64,000 nucleotides of DNA, taken from assembly GCA_017437285.1 (NCBI GenBank), contig JAFSBM010000037.1, positions 21,320 through 85,319 on the forward strand. The letters are read 5' to 3'. Shown piece after piece: positions 44,422 through 53,918 of this stretch. Each line of letters opens with the position of its first letter. Position 1 is the stretch's first letter. A model generated the notes under the pieces. It ran no database searches, was not told the origin of the DNA, and saw nothing but the letters and a program-made list of their open reading frames with translations. The position numbers and the translations under genes are program-made. The DNA comes from Ruminococcus sp. GTDB lineage: Bacteria; Bacillota; Clostridia; Oscillospirales; Ruminococcaceae.

Positions 44422-45294
44422 TTACTTATTTTTTCTTCTCACGAGAACTGCAATAAGGTCAGGACCAATATTTGAAGCAACTGCACAGCCGATTTTAGCG
44501 TACATTTCAGCCTTTTTGCCTGTTTTCTTTATCATTTCCTTTTCAACTTCCTTGGCAAGTGTGTCATCTCTGCCGTAGATAAGAAGATATGGAGTTTGTG
44601 GAGTCATTCTCTTTTCGACACAATCTATAAGCTTTGGAACGATATTCTTTTCACCACGGATTTTCTCAATTGTTGTGGTTACACCGTCGGCAAATTCAAT
44701 AATAGGCTTTAATCCTAAAAGTTCACCTGCAAATGCAGCAGCAGCGGAAATTCTGCCTGATTTTTTTGCGAATTTGAGGTTATAGGGAACAGCATAAACA
44801 GCACATACATCAAACCAGTCCTGAAGATATGCAACAATATCTTCAGCTGTTGCACCCTTATTTATTTTCTTTACAGCTTCCATAATCGGGTAGCCGTAGA
44901 ATACTGTGTAGCATTTTGAGTCAAGGTTGAAAATGCGGATTTTATCCTTTAATTCGGGATTGTTCTCGAATAATTCGTCCTTTGCAAGAATAGCATTATT
45001 ATATGTTACAGAACCAAGGCCGTTAAGAGATACAGTAATAATATCTGTGTAACCCTCGTCAATAGCCTCTTTGTATGCCTCCTCGAACATTGTAGGGTTG
45101 ATTGCGGCATGTTTAGCAGGCTCGTTGGATTTCAGCAGTAAATCGTAAAATTCATCAGCTGACTTATCATACATTTCACGGAAAGTTTCACCGTTTATTG
45201 TGATAGAAAGAGGAAGTACCTTTATTCCAAGTTCGTCTACAACTTCTTTTGTAAGGTCACAGCAGCTGTCTGTGATGATTTTAATTTTTGACAT
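44422..45294 (-). CDS. DegV-family fatty-acid-binding protein
   Basis: N-terminus IKIITDSCCDL. Start re-called at MSKIKI (AAGGAG 9 nt upstream). Confidence 0.85.
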   Translation of the reverse strand: MSKIKIITDSCCDLTKEVVDELGIKVLPLSITINGETFREMYDKSADEFYDLLLKSNEPAKHAAINPTMFEEAYKEAIDEGYTDIITVSLNGLGSVTYNNAILAKDELFENNPELKDKIRIFNLDSKCYTVFYGYPIMEAVKKINKGATAEDIVAYLQDWFDVCAVYAVPYNLKFAKKSGRISAAAAFAGELLGLKPIIEFADGVTTTIEKIRGEKNIVPKLIDCVEKRMTPQTPYLLIYGRDDTLAKEVEKEMIKKTGKKAEMYAKIGCAVASNIGPDLIAVLVRRKNK

Positions 45295-45308
45295 TTCAGT
45301 CATCTCCT

Positions 45309-45806
45309 TTACCATTCATATTGTGTAAGTTTTCCCTCACGGGATAAATCTGGATAATCCCATTGCCGCAGCACTTCATAAGCTGCAATTGCAACGGAAT
45401 TGGACAAGTTTAAGCTTCTCAGTTCATTCCTCATAGGAATTCTGACGCAGCATTCTGGATTTTCATACAACAGCTTTTCGGGAAGTCCCTTATCTTCTCT
45501 GCCGAAAAGCAAATAGCAGTTATCGGGATATACCGCTTCACTGTGTACATATTTTCCCTTAGTTGTAAAATAAAAGAAATTTCCGCCCTTATTCTTGTTA
45601 AAAAAATCTTCAAGATTGTCGTAATAGGTTATATCAAGCTTATCCCAATAGTCAAGACCTGCTCGTTTCAGATGCTTGTCCGAAATGTCAAAGCCAAAGG
45701 GACGAATGAGATGAAGTCTTGCTCCCGTCACAGCACAGGTACGTGAAATATTTCCTGTATTCTGCGGTATCTGCGGTTCTACAAGAACAATGTTAAGTTC
45801 AGCCAT
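45309..45806 (-). CDS. trmL: tRNA (cytidine/uridine-2'-O)-methyltransferase TrmL (SpoU family)
   Basis: 165 aa with NTGNISRTCAVTGARLHLIRPFGF and SLNLSNSVAI. Confidence 0.85.
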   Translation of the reverse strand: MAELNIVLVEPQIPQNTGNISRTCAVTGARLHLIRPFGFDISDKHLKRAGLDYWDKLDITYYDNLEDFFNKNKGGNFFYFTTKGKYVHSEAVYPDNCYLLFGREDKGLPEKLLYENPECCVRIPMRNELRSLNLSNSVAIAAYEVLRQWDYPDLSREGKLTQYEW

Positions 45807-45892
45807 TTATTCTCCTTATGAATAAAAATCTGTGTTTTTCAGAAAATATAAAAGAACTCTCAGAAGTTCAATTAAATTTCGGAAGTGATTAT

Positions 45893-46066
45893 ATGAATAT
45901 TAAAGCTATAACAACAGGTCTTACCGCAGGTGCGGCAATGGGATTTGCGTGCTATGCATTTGCTTCAAGCGGTGCAAGAAAACGTCACAGCATCAAGAAA
46001 AATGCAGGTAAAACTCTTAAAGCCGCAGGAAATCTGCTTGACGATATCACATCAATGATGGGTTAA
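45893..46066 (+). CDS. Small hydrophobic protein (57 aa)
   Basis: MNIKAITTGLTAGAAMGFACYAF followed by a basic tail. Weak RBS GGAAGTGA. Confidence 0.4.
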   Translation: MNIKAITTGLTAGAAMGFACYAFASSGARKRHSIKKNAGKTLKAAGNLLDDITSMMG

Positions 46067-46070
46067 TACA

Positions 46071-46091
46071 ACGGACGGATTATCCGTCCGT
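46071..46091. terminator. Hairpin between convergent genes
   Basis: ACGGACGGA-TTA-TCCGTCCGT with weak T tracts. Confidence 0.45.
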
Positions 46092-46096
46092 ACATA

Positions 46097-46519
46097 TTAT
46101 AAAGCAGAATTTTTTCTGTAGCCTAAATAGCTTTCGAGAATAATTGTTGCGGCAACTGCATCAACAACTGCTTTTCTCTTTTTTCCTCGTGTATTTGTGA
46201 CGTTCATATAATTGTGAGCCGATACGGTTGTGCAGCGTTCATCCCACAATTCTACGGGACAGCCTGTCATTTCTTTCAGTCTTTCGGCGAAAAGAGTGCA
46301 TTTCTCTGCCCTCTCCCCTACTGTATTATTCATATTTTTCGGATAGCCTACAACTATCATTTCCGCCTTGTTTTCCTTAGCTGCCTCAGCGGTTTTTTCA
46401 AGGCATCTATCAAAATCCTTTTCGGCAATTACACCGATAGGGCTTGCAATCAGTTCACTCTTACCGCATATAGCAAGTCCTGTTCGGGAGTCACCAAAAT
46501 CCACAGCCATTATAATCAT
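46097..46519 (-). CDS. ruvX: Holliday junction resolvase-like RuvX (YqgF)
   Basis: N-terminus MAVDFGDSRTGLA, 140 aa. Confidence 0.85.
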   Translation of the reverse strand: MIIMAVDFGDSRTGLAICGKSELIASPIGVIAEKDFDRCLEKTAEAAKENKAEMIVVGYPKNMNNTVGERAEKCTLFAERLKEMTGCPVELWDERCTTVSAHNYMNVTNTRGKKRKAVVDAVAATIILESYLGYRKNSAL

Positions 46520-46525
46520 AAAATA

Positions 46526-47437
46526 TTACCACAGCTGAACTGTACCAATAATATCACGTACAGATGAAATTCCCTTTTTATCAAGGAAATCGTTCATTTC
46601 TTCTACAATTCTCACAGGTGCGTATGGGTCTGTGAAGATAGCAGCACCAACCTGAACAGCAGATGCACCTGCCATCATAAGTTCAATAGCGTCTTTTCCG
46701 CTTGACACACCGCCCATACCGATTACAGGGATTTTAACTGCATTTGCTACCTGATAAACCATACGTACAGCAACAGGGAAAATTGCAGGGCCGCTAAGAC
46801 CGCCCATATTATTGTGTAAAATCGGTCTGCCTGTGTTAATATCAATTCTCATTCCGAGAAGTGTATTTATAAGTGAAACAGCATCAGCACCTGCTGATTC
46901 AACTGCCTTTGCAATTTCAGCAATATTTGTAACATTAGGTGAAAGCTTTACAACAAGGGGTTTTGTTGTGGCGGCACGTACAATTTTTGTTACCTCCGCA
47001 GCCATTTCACAGCTTGTACCGAATGCTGCACCGCCCTGTTTTACGTTAGGGCAGGAAATATTCAGCTCAATCATATGTGCGTCTGTACCTTCAAGCTTTG
47101 CAGCAGTTTCAGCACATTCTTCGGGAGTTGAACCTGCAATATTAGCAAGAACTACAACATCCTTTGTCATAAGATAGGGCAAATCGACCTCAACAAAGTG
47201 GTCGATTCCGGGATTTTGCAGACCAACAGAATTTAACATTCCAGCGGGAGTTTCTGCAATTCTCGGAGCAATATTGCCTGTTCTCTGATGACGTGTTGTA
47301 CCCTTTGTGGCAATTCCGCCAAGCTTATTAAGCGGGAAAAGTTCCTCGTATTCTCTGCCGTAGCCGAATACTCCCGATGCAGGAATTATGGGATTTTTAA
47401 AATCAACTCCGCATATATTTACAGAAAGGTCAGCCAT
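46526..47437 (-). CDS. pyrD: Dihydroorotate dehydrogenase B, catalytic subunit
   Basis: Class 1B DHODH motifs (NPIIPASG, LNISCPNV, GGLSGPAI, GMGGV). Confidence 0.92.
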   Translation of the reverse strand: MADLSVNICGVDFKNPIIPASGVFGYGREYEELFPLNKLGGIATKGTTRHQRTGNIAPRIAETPAGMLNSVGLQNPGIDHFVEVDLPYLMTKDVVVLANIAGSTPEECAETAAKLEGTDAHMIELNISCPNVKQGGAAFGTSCEMAAEVTKIVRAATTKPLVVKLSPNVTNIAEIAKAVESAGADAVSLINTLLGMRIDINTGRPILHNNMGGLSGPAIFPVAVRMVYQVANAVKIPVIGMGGVSSGKDAIELMMAGASAVQVGAAIFTDPYAPVRIVEEMNDFLDKKGISSVRDIIGTVQLW

Positions 47438-48207
47438 TATAAAATTACCTCCTCAGCATTGAATACAGGGCCGTCCTTGCAGACGTGCGCAAAATATTCT
47501 TCGTCATTTCTCTTTGTGCGGCAGGCACAGCCAAGACAAGCACCGATTCCGCAAGCCATACGCTCTTCAAGAGAAATTTCACAGTAAATGCCTTTTTCCT
47601 TGCAGATTGATGCAATTCCTTTGAGCATACCCATTGGACCGCAGGCAAAAACAGCGTCAATTCCGCCTTTTTCTGCCAATTCAGCAAGAGGCTGTGTAAC
47701 AAAGCCGTGAATACCGGCTGAGCCGTCATCTGTGCAGAGAATTGTTTCAGCTCCTGCACTCTTGAAATCCTCCTGAAGAATTACAGCAGAACTGTTTCTG
47801 AATCCGCTGATTGCCACAGCCTTATTGCCGTAAGCCTTTGCAAGAGGAAGCATAGGAGGAGTTCCAATTCCGCCGCCGATAAGCACAACTTTTTTGAAGC
47901 TTTCATCAACTGTAAAACCGTGACCAAGAGGTGCAAGCATATCAACTACATCGCCCTTGTTAAGCTGTGCAATTTCAGCAGTTCCCTCTCCTCTTATTTC
48001 AAATACAATGCGGAGAGTGCCTTTTTCCTTATCAATTCCGCAGATTGAAATAGGTCTGCGGAGAACAAAACTTCCGATTCTGATATGAACAAACTGACCC
48101 GGAACAGCAGCAGCCGCTACTTCGGGGCAGCTGATTTCAAAGCTGTAAATTTCACAGCCAATAGCTTTTTTGTCGATTATAAGATATTTTCCTTGTGTAT
48201 ATTTCAT
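47437..48207 (-). CDS. pyrK: Dihydroorotate dehydrogenase B, electron-transfer subunit
   Basis: An FAD/NAD-binding fold plus the C-terminal 2Fe-2S Cys cluster CGIGACLGCAC. A 1-nt overlap joins it to pyrD. Confidence 0.9.
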   Translation of the reverse strand: MKYTQGKYLIIDKKAIGCEIYSFEISCPEVAAAAVPGQFVHIRIGSFVLRRPISICGIDKEKGTLRIVFEIRGEGTAEIAQLNKGDVVDMLAPLGHGFTVDESFKKVVLIGGGIGTPPMLPLAKAYGNKAVAISGFRNSSAVILQEDFKSAGAETILCTDDGSAGIHGFVTQPLAELAEKGGIDAVFACGPMGMLKGIASICKEKGIYCEISLEERMACGIGACLGCACRTKRNDEEYFAHVCKDGPVFNAEEVIL

Positions 48208-48218
48208 AGTATCACCTG

Positions 48219-48968
48219 TTAATCTTTTTTATTTCCGCAATTCTTACACTTGCCGAATACACCGTATTTTCCGCCGCATAATGGACAGAGTCCAACAGAT
48301 TTCAGATAAGCTGAAACGCACTTGAAACGGTATACTTCGCTTGCTTCATATGCTGTGCCATTGAAATAAATTCGAGTTACACCCTTTTCAGTTGCCTTTC
48401 TGCTGATTTCAAACGAGGGATTTGTGTAATCATTGAGAGGTTCCCAAGTTGTACTGCTGCTTTCAAATACAATTTCTTCAAGTCCGCAGCACATAGCGTT
48501 ATATACAATTTCCTCAACGGAAGCAGGAATTGTAAGAGTCTTTAATCTGTCACAGCCATTGAAAGTTTTGTAGCCGATTTTCTTAATTGTATTGGGCAGA
48601 CGTACATTTGAGAGAGCTGTACAGCCTTCAAAAGCAGAATCGCCGATTGAAAGAACAGTATCGGGGATATGTATAGTTCTGATTGTTGTATTGTCCTTGA
48701 ATGCACAGGCATCAATTTTTGTTACATATTCAGGAATATCCACATCTTCATCATTTCCTGCATATTTTACGAGAGTTTCCTTGTCGCAGAGGAAAATATC
48801 ACCTGTGAGAATAGGTGCAGCCTTTTCGGGAGCAGCCTTTTTTTCTTCCTTTTCAATTTCTATTTTTTCTCCGCAATGTCCGCAATACCAATGGTCAAGT
48901 CTTTTTTCAGCAAACAAAAGAGCTTTACATTTCGGGCAGACAATCTGATAATAGTCGTTAAGTTCCAT
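48219..48968 (-). CDS. Cytoplasmic BspA-type leucine-rich-repeat protein flanked by zinc ribbons
   Basis: N-terminal CPKC...CGHCG, LRR_5-like repeats (IPDTVLSIGDSAFEGCTALSNVRLP), and C-terminal CPLCGG...CKNCG. Confidence 0.7.
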   Translation of the reverse strand: MELNDYYQIVCPKCKALLFAEKRLDHWYCGHCGEKIEIEKEEKKAAPEKAAPILTGDIFLCDKETLVKYAGNDEDVDIPEYVTKIDACAFKDNTTIRTIHIPDTVLSIGDSAFEGCTALSNVRLPNTIKKIGYKTFNGCDRLKTLTIPASVEEIVYNAMCCGLEEIVFESSSTTWEPLNDYTNPSFEISRKATEKGVTRIYFNGTAYEASEVYRFKCVSAYLKSVGLCPLCGGKYGVFGKCKNCGNKKD

Positions 48969-48998
48969 AATTCCTCCTGTTGATACATATTTATATAT

Positions 48999-49027
48999 AT
49001 TATACCATATACAAAAGAAAATTTCAA
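48999..49027 (-). promoter_or_regulatory. Consensus sigma-A promoter for the LRR-pyrK-pyrD-ruvX transcription unit
   Basis: Minus strand TTGAAA, 17 nt, TATAAT. Confidence 0.55.
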
Positions 49028-49105
49028 TATATACCGTAAAATTTAATTTTTATAGCTAATACAATTCATATTGCTCCCCCAATTAACTCTTGAATTTTCT
49101 ATTTT

Positions 49106-49263
49106 GGGCATCTCTAAAAACTCGTTTGATTAAAGAAAAAACAGATAGGTGCGGCAGCTGCAAGGAAAGCTTCCGAAGGCGTGCTTTCGCACTCCAAGGG
49201 AGGTTGACGCAGCAGATGTCGTGCATAGCTGTTTTTTCTCAAAAGGGGTTTTTAGAGATGCCC
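49106..49263 (-). mobile_element. MITE-like element, copy 4 (158 bp, inverted orientation)
   Basis: Same TIRs, flanked by direct TTTT/TTTT. By my hand alignment it differs from copy 1 only by one A in a poly-A run. Confidence 0.65.
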
Positions 49264-49390
49264 TTTTGCTTGGGGAGCAAAATTCAGCGTCAGAAATCCT
49301 CACAATACGACAGTATCATTTCGGCTTTCTTTCTTGCCTTCTGCTCCCCAAGCTTCATATAATTCTTCAAGAGTTAGTTGGCGGAGCAAT

Positions 49391-49424
49391 AAAAAAACAG
49401 CAGACCATAAAAATCTGCTGTTTT
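49391..49424 (-). terminator. Rho-independent terminator of the GH5 gene
   Basis: Minus strand AAACAGCAGA ... TCTGCTGTTT followed by TTTTATT. Confidence 0.65.
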
Positions 49425-49433
49425 GTGATTATT

Positions 49434-51197
49434 TTATTTCTCAGGAAGTGCGTCGATAAGCTTTGCATCAAATTTCTGAATTGCAATACCGTCAGCTACT
49501 GTTAAACCACTTCCCGGTTCGAAACAGTCAGCATTTACAGTGCCTTTCTCTGATAATGAATACTTGTCAGAGTTACCGATAGCCTGATAAATAGCCGCTG
49601 CATCGGCAATTGTAACAACTCCGTCGCAGTTTGCATCACCGTATACTACATCGCCTGAATCAGGTGTTGTTGTAGGCACAGTTGTAGGAGCTGTGGTTGG
49701 CTCTGTTTTAGGCTCGGTTGTTGGTGCTGTTGTAGGTGCTGTAGTCGGTTCAGTTGAAGGTTTAGTTGAAGGCTGAGTATTTCCGCTGTAATAGTCGCTG
49801 AGAGAAATACCTGTACCATTCTGTCCAAGTGGGATTTTATGGTCAAGGCTGATGAATAAGCCGTCATCTGTCTGCCACAGTGAAGGTTCAACAAATTCGT
49901 ACTTTTCCATATCCCATTCTGTCCAGTTGGTGCTGCCTGCAATAAGTCCGCCTGTATCACCTGAGTTTTCATTGAAGCACCAGAATGTATGGTGAATACG
50001 CTTCTCAATCATATAGTCACGGAGAAGTCCCATCCACTTTCTGTTATCACCTGTCGGGTCGTGTTCTGCATCAAGGAATCCGCCCCACTCACCCATAAGA
50101 AGCGGTGAAATCTTTTCCTCAACAAGGAATGCCCATGTATCATACCAGTAATCTTCAAGGAGTGTTTCACGGGTAAAGTCCTTCTTGAACCATTCCTGCT
50201 CCCAAACAAGCGGACCGTAGTCATGGGGAGAATATACAAGCTGGCTCTGATGTTCGCCTAAATCTACGGGGTAATCTCTTACACCACGGAAGTTACCGCC
50301 CCACCATGCACCATGGAAAGCCTGTGCACTTGGGTCGTCATAATGAGCATAATCAACAGCAGGGCTGTTCCAGTCCTTGCCGTTTTCAAATTTAGGATAA
50401 ACTTCAATACCCTCTACCATAAGAAGAAGATTCGGGTTTACTTCCATAATTGCGGCTGATGCTCTTTCAGCGGCGTATTTCCAGTTATTATCAGCAGTTG
50501 AATCATCCCAGATAGCCATACCCTGACCGTCATTCTTGCCGTGAGGCTCATTTTTCAGGTCAAGAGCAATAAGAGTATCGTCATCTTTATAGTAATCAGC
50601 AACCCATGTAAGTGCCTCAATCCAATCCTCATCGCTGTAATTGCTGTCATACCAAAGAGGATACTGGTGACCGTTTGAAGCTGTAGTTGCACAATGAATA
50701 TCAATCATAATCTTGATACCATTTTCTCTGCACCAGTCCACAGCCATATTCCAGATATCAAAGCTGTACTTTGGCTCACTTCCCTCAACGCCGTCAACTG
50801 AAAGCTCAGGGTTTGAATATGTATTGATTTTAACCATATATGGGTCAGGCTCTTGATTTTTCCACTGAAGAAGAATCTGAGTTGACATAGGTACACGGAG
50901 CAGGTTGAAGCCATGGTCTGCAATCTGATTCAGTGCATCGTGCATATTAAGGCTCCATACGCCGTCAAAACATTGTGTTGTAACATTGTAACCAAACCAG
51001 TTACAGCCTGTCAGCCATACAGGGTTGCCGTACATATCAACAATCTCGGCATTTTCATTAACGTGAAGCCAGTCGTCGTGATACTCGTCAGGTGCGGCAG
51101 TTGTAACTGTTTCCTTTGATATGCTGCCTGTTACAACTGTACAAAGCATAAGTGAAGCAGCAATTGTTGAAGCTGCTCTTTTGAAAATTTTTGCCAT
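49434..51197 (-). CDS. GH5 endoglucanase (cellulase) with a Pro/Thr linker and a dockerin
   Basis: Acid/base motif DLKNEPHG, nucleophile region MGEWGG, PT linker, and dockerin GDANCDGVVTIADAAAIYQ. Second ATG chosen because of RBS spacing. Confidence 0.85.
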   Translation of the reverse strand: MAKIFKRAASTIAASLMLCTVVTGSISKETVTTAAPDEYHDDWLHVNENAEIVDMYGNPVWLTGCNWFGYNVTTQCFDGVWSLNMHDALNQIADHGFNLLRVPMSTQILLQWKNQEPDPYMVKINTYSNPELSVDGVEGSEPKYSFDIWNMAVDWCRENGIKIMIDIHCATTASNGHQYPLWYDSNYSDEDWIEALTWVADYYKDDDTLIALDLKNEPHGKNDGQGMAIWDDSTADNNWKYAAERASAAIMEVNPNLLLMVEGIEVYPKFENGKDWNSPAVDYAHYDDPSAQAFHGAWWGGNFRGVRDYPVDLGEHQSQLVYSPHDYGPLVWEQEWFKKDFTRETLLEDYWYDTWAFLVEEKISPLLMGEWGGFLDAEHDPTGDNRKWMGLLRDYMIEKRIHHTFWCFNENSGDTGGLIAGSTNWTEWDMEKYEFVEPSLWQTDDGLFISLDHKIPLGQNGTGISLSDYYSGNTQPSTKPSTEPTTAPTTAPTTEPKTEPTTAPTTVPTTTPDSGDVVYGDANCDGVVTIADAAAIYQAIGNSDKYSLSEKGTVNADCFEPGSGLTVADGIAIQKFDAKLIDALPEK

Positions 51198-51533
51198 AAA
51201 CATTCCCTCTCTTTAACTGAACAAAAATGACACATTTTGTTCATAATTCTCATCTTTATTATATACCATAAAAATCCGAATGTCAAGATTTTTCCGAAAT
51301 TTTCCGAAAAATCTTCGTCAGGATAACAAATGAGCTTCCTTACGGAAGCTCATTTGCCATGATATAGGGATTATTGGGGATTTATAATTAAATGTTGGGG
51401 TAAACATTTAATTACCATGAATTAATTTAAGAGGCTTGTTTTATCCTCTATAAAGTATTATACCACACAAATGTGAAAATTGTGTTAAAATTCGTACTGG
51501 AATAATGACGAAAATCACAACAATTATTTTTGA

Positions 51534-52985
51534 TTATTTGTGCAACTTGCAATCTCTTGCACTGATTTTGAACCAGAATACCGATCCTACGCCTACTTTA
51601 CTTCGTACTCCGTAGTCATAATTATGCAGCTTTAATACAGCTTTAACGATTGATAAACCTAAGCCTGTGCCTACTACTTCACGTTTGTGATTTTCAGAAC
51701 GGTAATACTTATCAAAAATTAACTTCATCTTATCAGGTTCAATTCCGTCACCTGTATCCTCAACCTCAATAAGCACACCTGACGGAGTGTTAATCTGACG
51801 CACAAATACTTTTTTATCCTCGCCGGTATAATTAATTGCATTATTTATAAGGTTGTATATCGCCTGCTCAATCTTAATCGAATCGCAGAAAACTAAACAT
51901 TCTTCATCAGCTGTAAACTGAATTTCATATCCCATTTTTTCGGATATTCCTTTAAATCTGTCAATTATCTCATTCATCTTTGAGCTGATTTCAAACTCGG
52001 AGGGGGTAAGTTTCTGCTTGCCGCTTTCAAGCTTTGACAAATCAAGAATGTCGTTTACCATAAGGGAAAGCCTGTCCGTTTCGCTGATGATAATTTCGAG
52101 ATGTTCGTTACGCTTAACAGGATTATCGCCCGAAAGGTCACGAATCATTTCCGCATAAGCTTTAAGCATAGTCAGCGGAGTTCTCAAATCATGGGAAACA
52201 TTGGCAATTAAATCTCTCTGTAGCCTGTCTACACGGGAAAGTTCCTTTTCCGCATAGGTAAGGGCATCTGCAAGCTGTTTTACTTCGAGGTATCCCCTGC
52301 CGTCAAACTTTGTATTGAAATTTCCCTTTGCAAGGCTTTCAGCGGCTAAAGTTATATTGTCAATAGGTCTGGCAATTTTCCGTGATACAAAAAGTGAAAT
52401 GAAAAATGCCATTATAAGCAGCAGAAAAGTAACTGTCATAAGCTGCCTTTTGATGATTTTAACTGTTGAGCCAACAGGTACAAGAGCTGTATTTATAAAA
52501 AGGTAGCCGTCGGGATTGTCGGTATTTCCCAATGCACAGCCGTGAAGTACCATAAAGTAATTTTTATGGGCATTCTGCAATTTACGCCATATTGGGTAAT
52601 TTCCGTTTTTTTCAATTTCAAGCTGATAGGCGTATGTGCTGTTTGGCTTGTCGTGGATTATACAGTCAACGGAATATTCTTTCGTGTATTTTGATCTGCC
52701 GTAGCGGTCTACGATTTCAATGCACAAGTCGTTTTCCATAGCGATTTTCCCAAGATTTTCGCTGAAATCAACAGGTGTATCATTTTCATAGGATTCAATT
52801 ATAAGTGAAGCCGCAGCCTCAACATCGCTGATTTTCGAGATTGTATAAAACCTCTCCATAAAAAGAATCTGAAACAGCCACAAAAGAATAAAAACTATGA
52901 AAGTAAATCCCATAAAATAAATCCATATGCTGAATTTAAGGGGAATTCTTCCGAATGCTGCTCTTATTCTTTTAATTAGCTTCAA
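51534..52985 (-). CDS. Sensor histidine kinase (two TM helices, HAMP, HisKA, HATPase)
   Basis: H-box SHDLRTPLT, N-box NLINNAINYT, and the G-boxes DTGDGI and GTGLGLSI. Confidence 0.85.
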   Translation of the reverse strand: MKLIKRIRAAFGRIPLKFSIWIYFMGFTFIVFILLWLFQILFMERFYTISKISDVEAAASLIIESYENDTPVDFSENLGKIAMENDLCIEIVDRYGRSKYTKEYSVDCIIHDKPNSTYAYQLEIEKNGNYPIWRKLQNAHKNYFMVLHGCALGNTDNPDGYLFINTALVPVGSTVKIIKRQLMTVTFLLLIMAFFISLFVSRKIARPIDNITLAAESLAKGNFNTKFDGRGYLEVKQLADALTYAEKELSRVDRLQRDLIANVSHDLRTPLTMLKAYAEMIRDLSGDNPVKRNEHLEIIISETDRLSLMVNDILDLSKLESGKQKLTPSEFEISSKMNEIIDRFKGISEKMGYEIQFTADEECLVFCDSIKIEQAIYNLINNAINYTGEDKKVFVRQINTPSGVLIEVEDTGDGIEPDKMKLIFDKYYRSENHKREVVGTGLGLSIVKAVLKLHNYDYGVRSKVGVGSVFWFKISARDCKLHK

Positions 52986-53649
52986 ACTTGTAACCCATTC
53001 CTCTCAGCGTAACAATGAATTTTCGGTATTCTCCAAGGCTATTGCGAAGCATTTTTATATGTGTATCAACTGTTCTGTCATCGCCGAAAAAGTCATAGCC
53101 CCATACTTCTTCAAGAAGCTGATCTCTTGAAAGGGCAATATTCTTGTTTCTTACAAGGAAAAACAGCAAATCGTATTCCTTTGGAGTCATTGAAGCCTTT
53201 TCGTGGTTTACATAAACCTCTCTGCCCGAAATGTCAACTTCAAGTCCCTCAAATACGTATTTGTCAAGCTTGCCGCTATTGACAGCTGTTGTATTTCTTT
53301 TCAGGGCAACCTTTACTCTTGCCATAAGCTCCTTTGGTGAAAAAGGCTTCACAACATAATCGTCAATACCAATTTCAAAGCCGAAAAGCTTGTCATATTC
53401 CTCGCCTCTTGCGGAAAGCATAATTACAGGGATATTCTTTGTTTTGCGGATTTCCTTGCAGGCTGAATATCCGTCAAGGCGGGGCATCATTACGTCCATA
53501 ATAATAAGGTCATAATTGTTATCGTGGCAGAGATTTACTGCCTCCATTCCGTTTTCAGCCTCAGTTACCTCATATCCTTCAAATTCCGCATATTCACGGA
53601 CAACCTTACGGATATTGATTTCATCGTCAACTATTAAAATATGTGCCAT
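52972..53649 (-). CDS. OmpR-family response regulator
   Basis: A receiver domain (ILIVDDE, DLIIMDVMMP) and a winged-helix output (TLRGMGYKF). Start at MAHILIV follows GGAGGA. Confidence 0.9.
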   Translation of the reverse strand: MAHILIVDDEINIRKVVREYAEFEGYEVTEAENGMEAVNLCHDNNYDLIIMDVMMPRLDGYSACKEIRKTKNIPVIMLSARGEEYDKLFGFEIGIDDYVVKPFSPKELMARVKVALKRNTTAVNSGKLDKYVFEGLEVDISGREVYVNHEKASMTPKEYDLLFFLVRNKNIALSRDQLLEEVWGYDFFGDDRTVDTHIKMLRNSLGEYRKFIVTLRGMGYKFEAN

Positions 53650-53812
53650 TTTATATTCCTCCATTTCATTGACACCGCTATGCGGATTGTCATAAAACGC
53701 TTTTTACTACTCTTATTATAACATAATAACTCACCAATGTGAATATATTGTGATATTTTCTTGTGCGTTTGCAACAATTTTATAAAAAATGTTGTGAATT
53801 GGAATTTTATTC

Positions 53813-53841
53813 TTGACTTTTTAGGTGAAATTTGCTATAAT
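53813..53841 (+). promoter_or_regulatory. Sigma-A promoter of the GGDEF-EAL gene
   Basis: TTGACT, 17 nt, TATAAT. Confidence 0.5.
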
Positions 53842-53918
53842 AATTATAACATATACCAGTATAAGCTATGAATAATTATACCTTTGTTAGCTATTAATAA
53901 TAAAGAGAGGTGATTTTC

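Noticed and set aside
51328-51416. Hairpins in the GH5 upstream region: AAATGAGCTTCC-TTAC-GGAAGCTCATTT at 51328-51355 and TAATTAAATGTT...AACATTTAATTA at 51386-51416
   Set aside because: They most likely mark the terminator region of the histidine kinase operon and AT-rich palindromes. There is no repeat partner elsewhere and no clear riboswitch motif.
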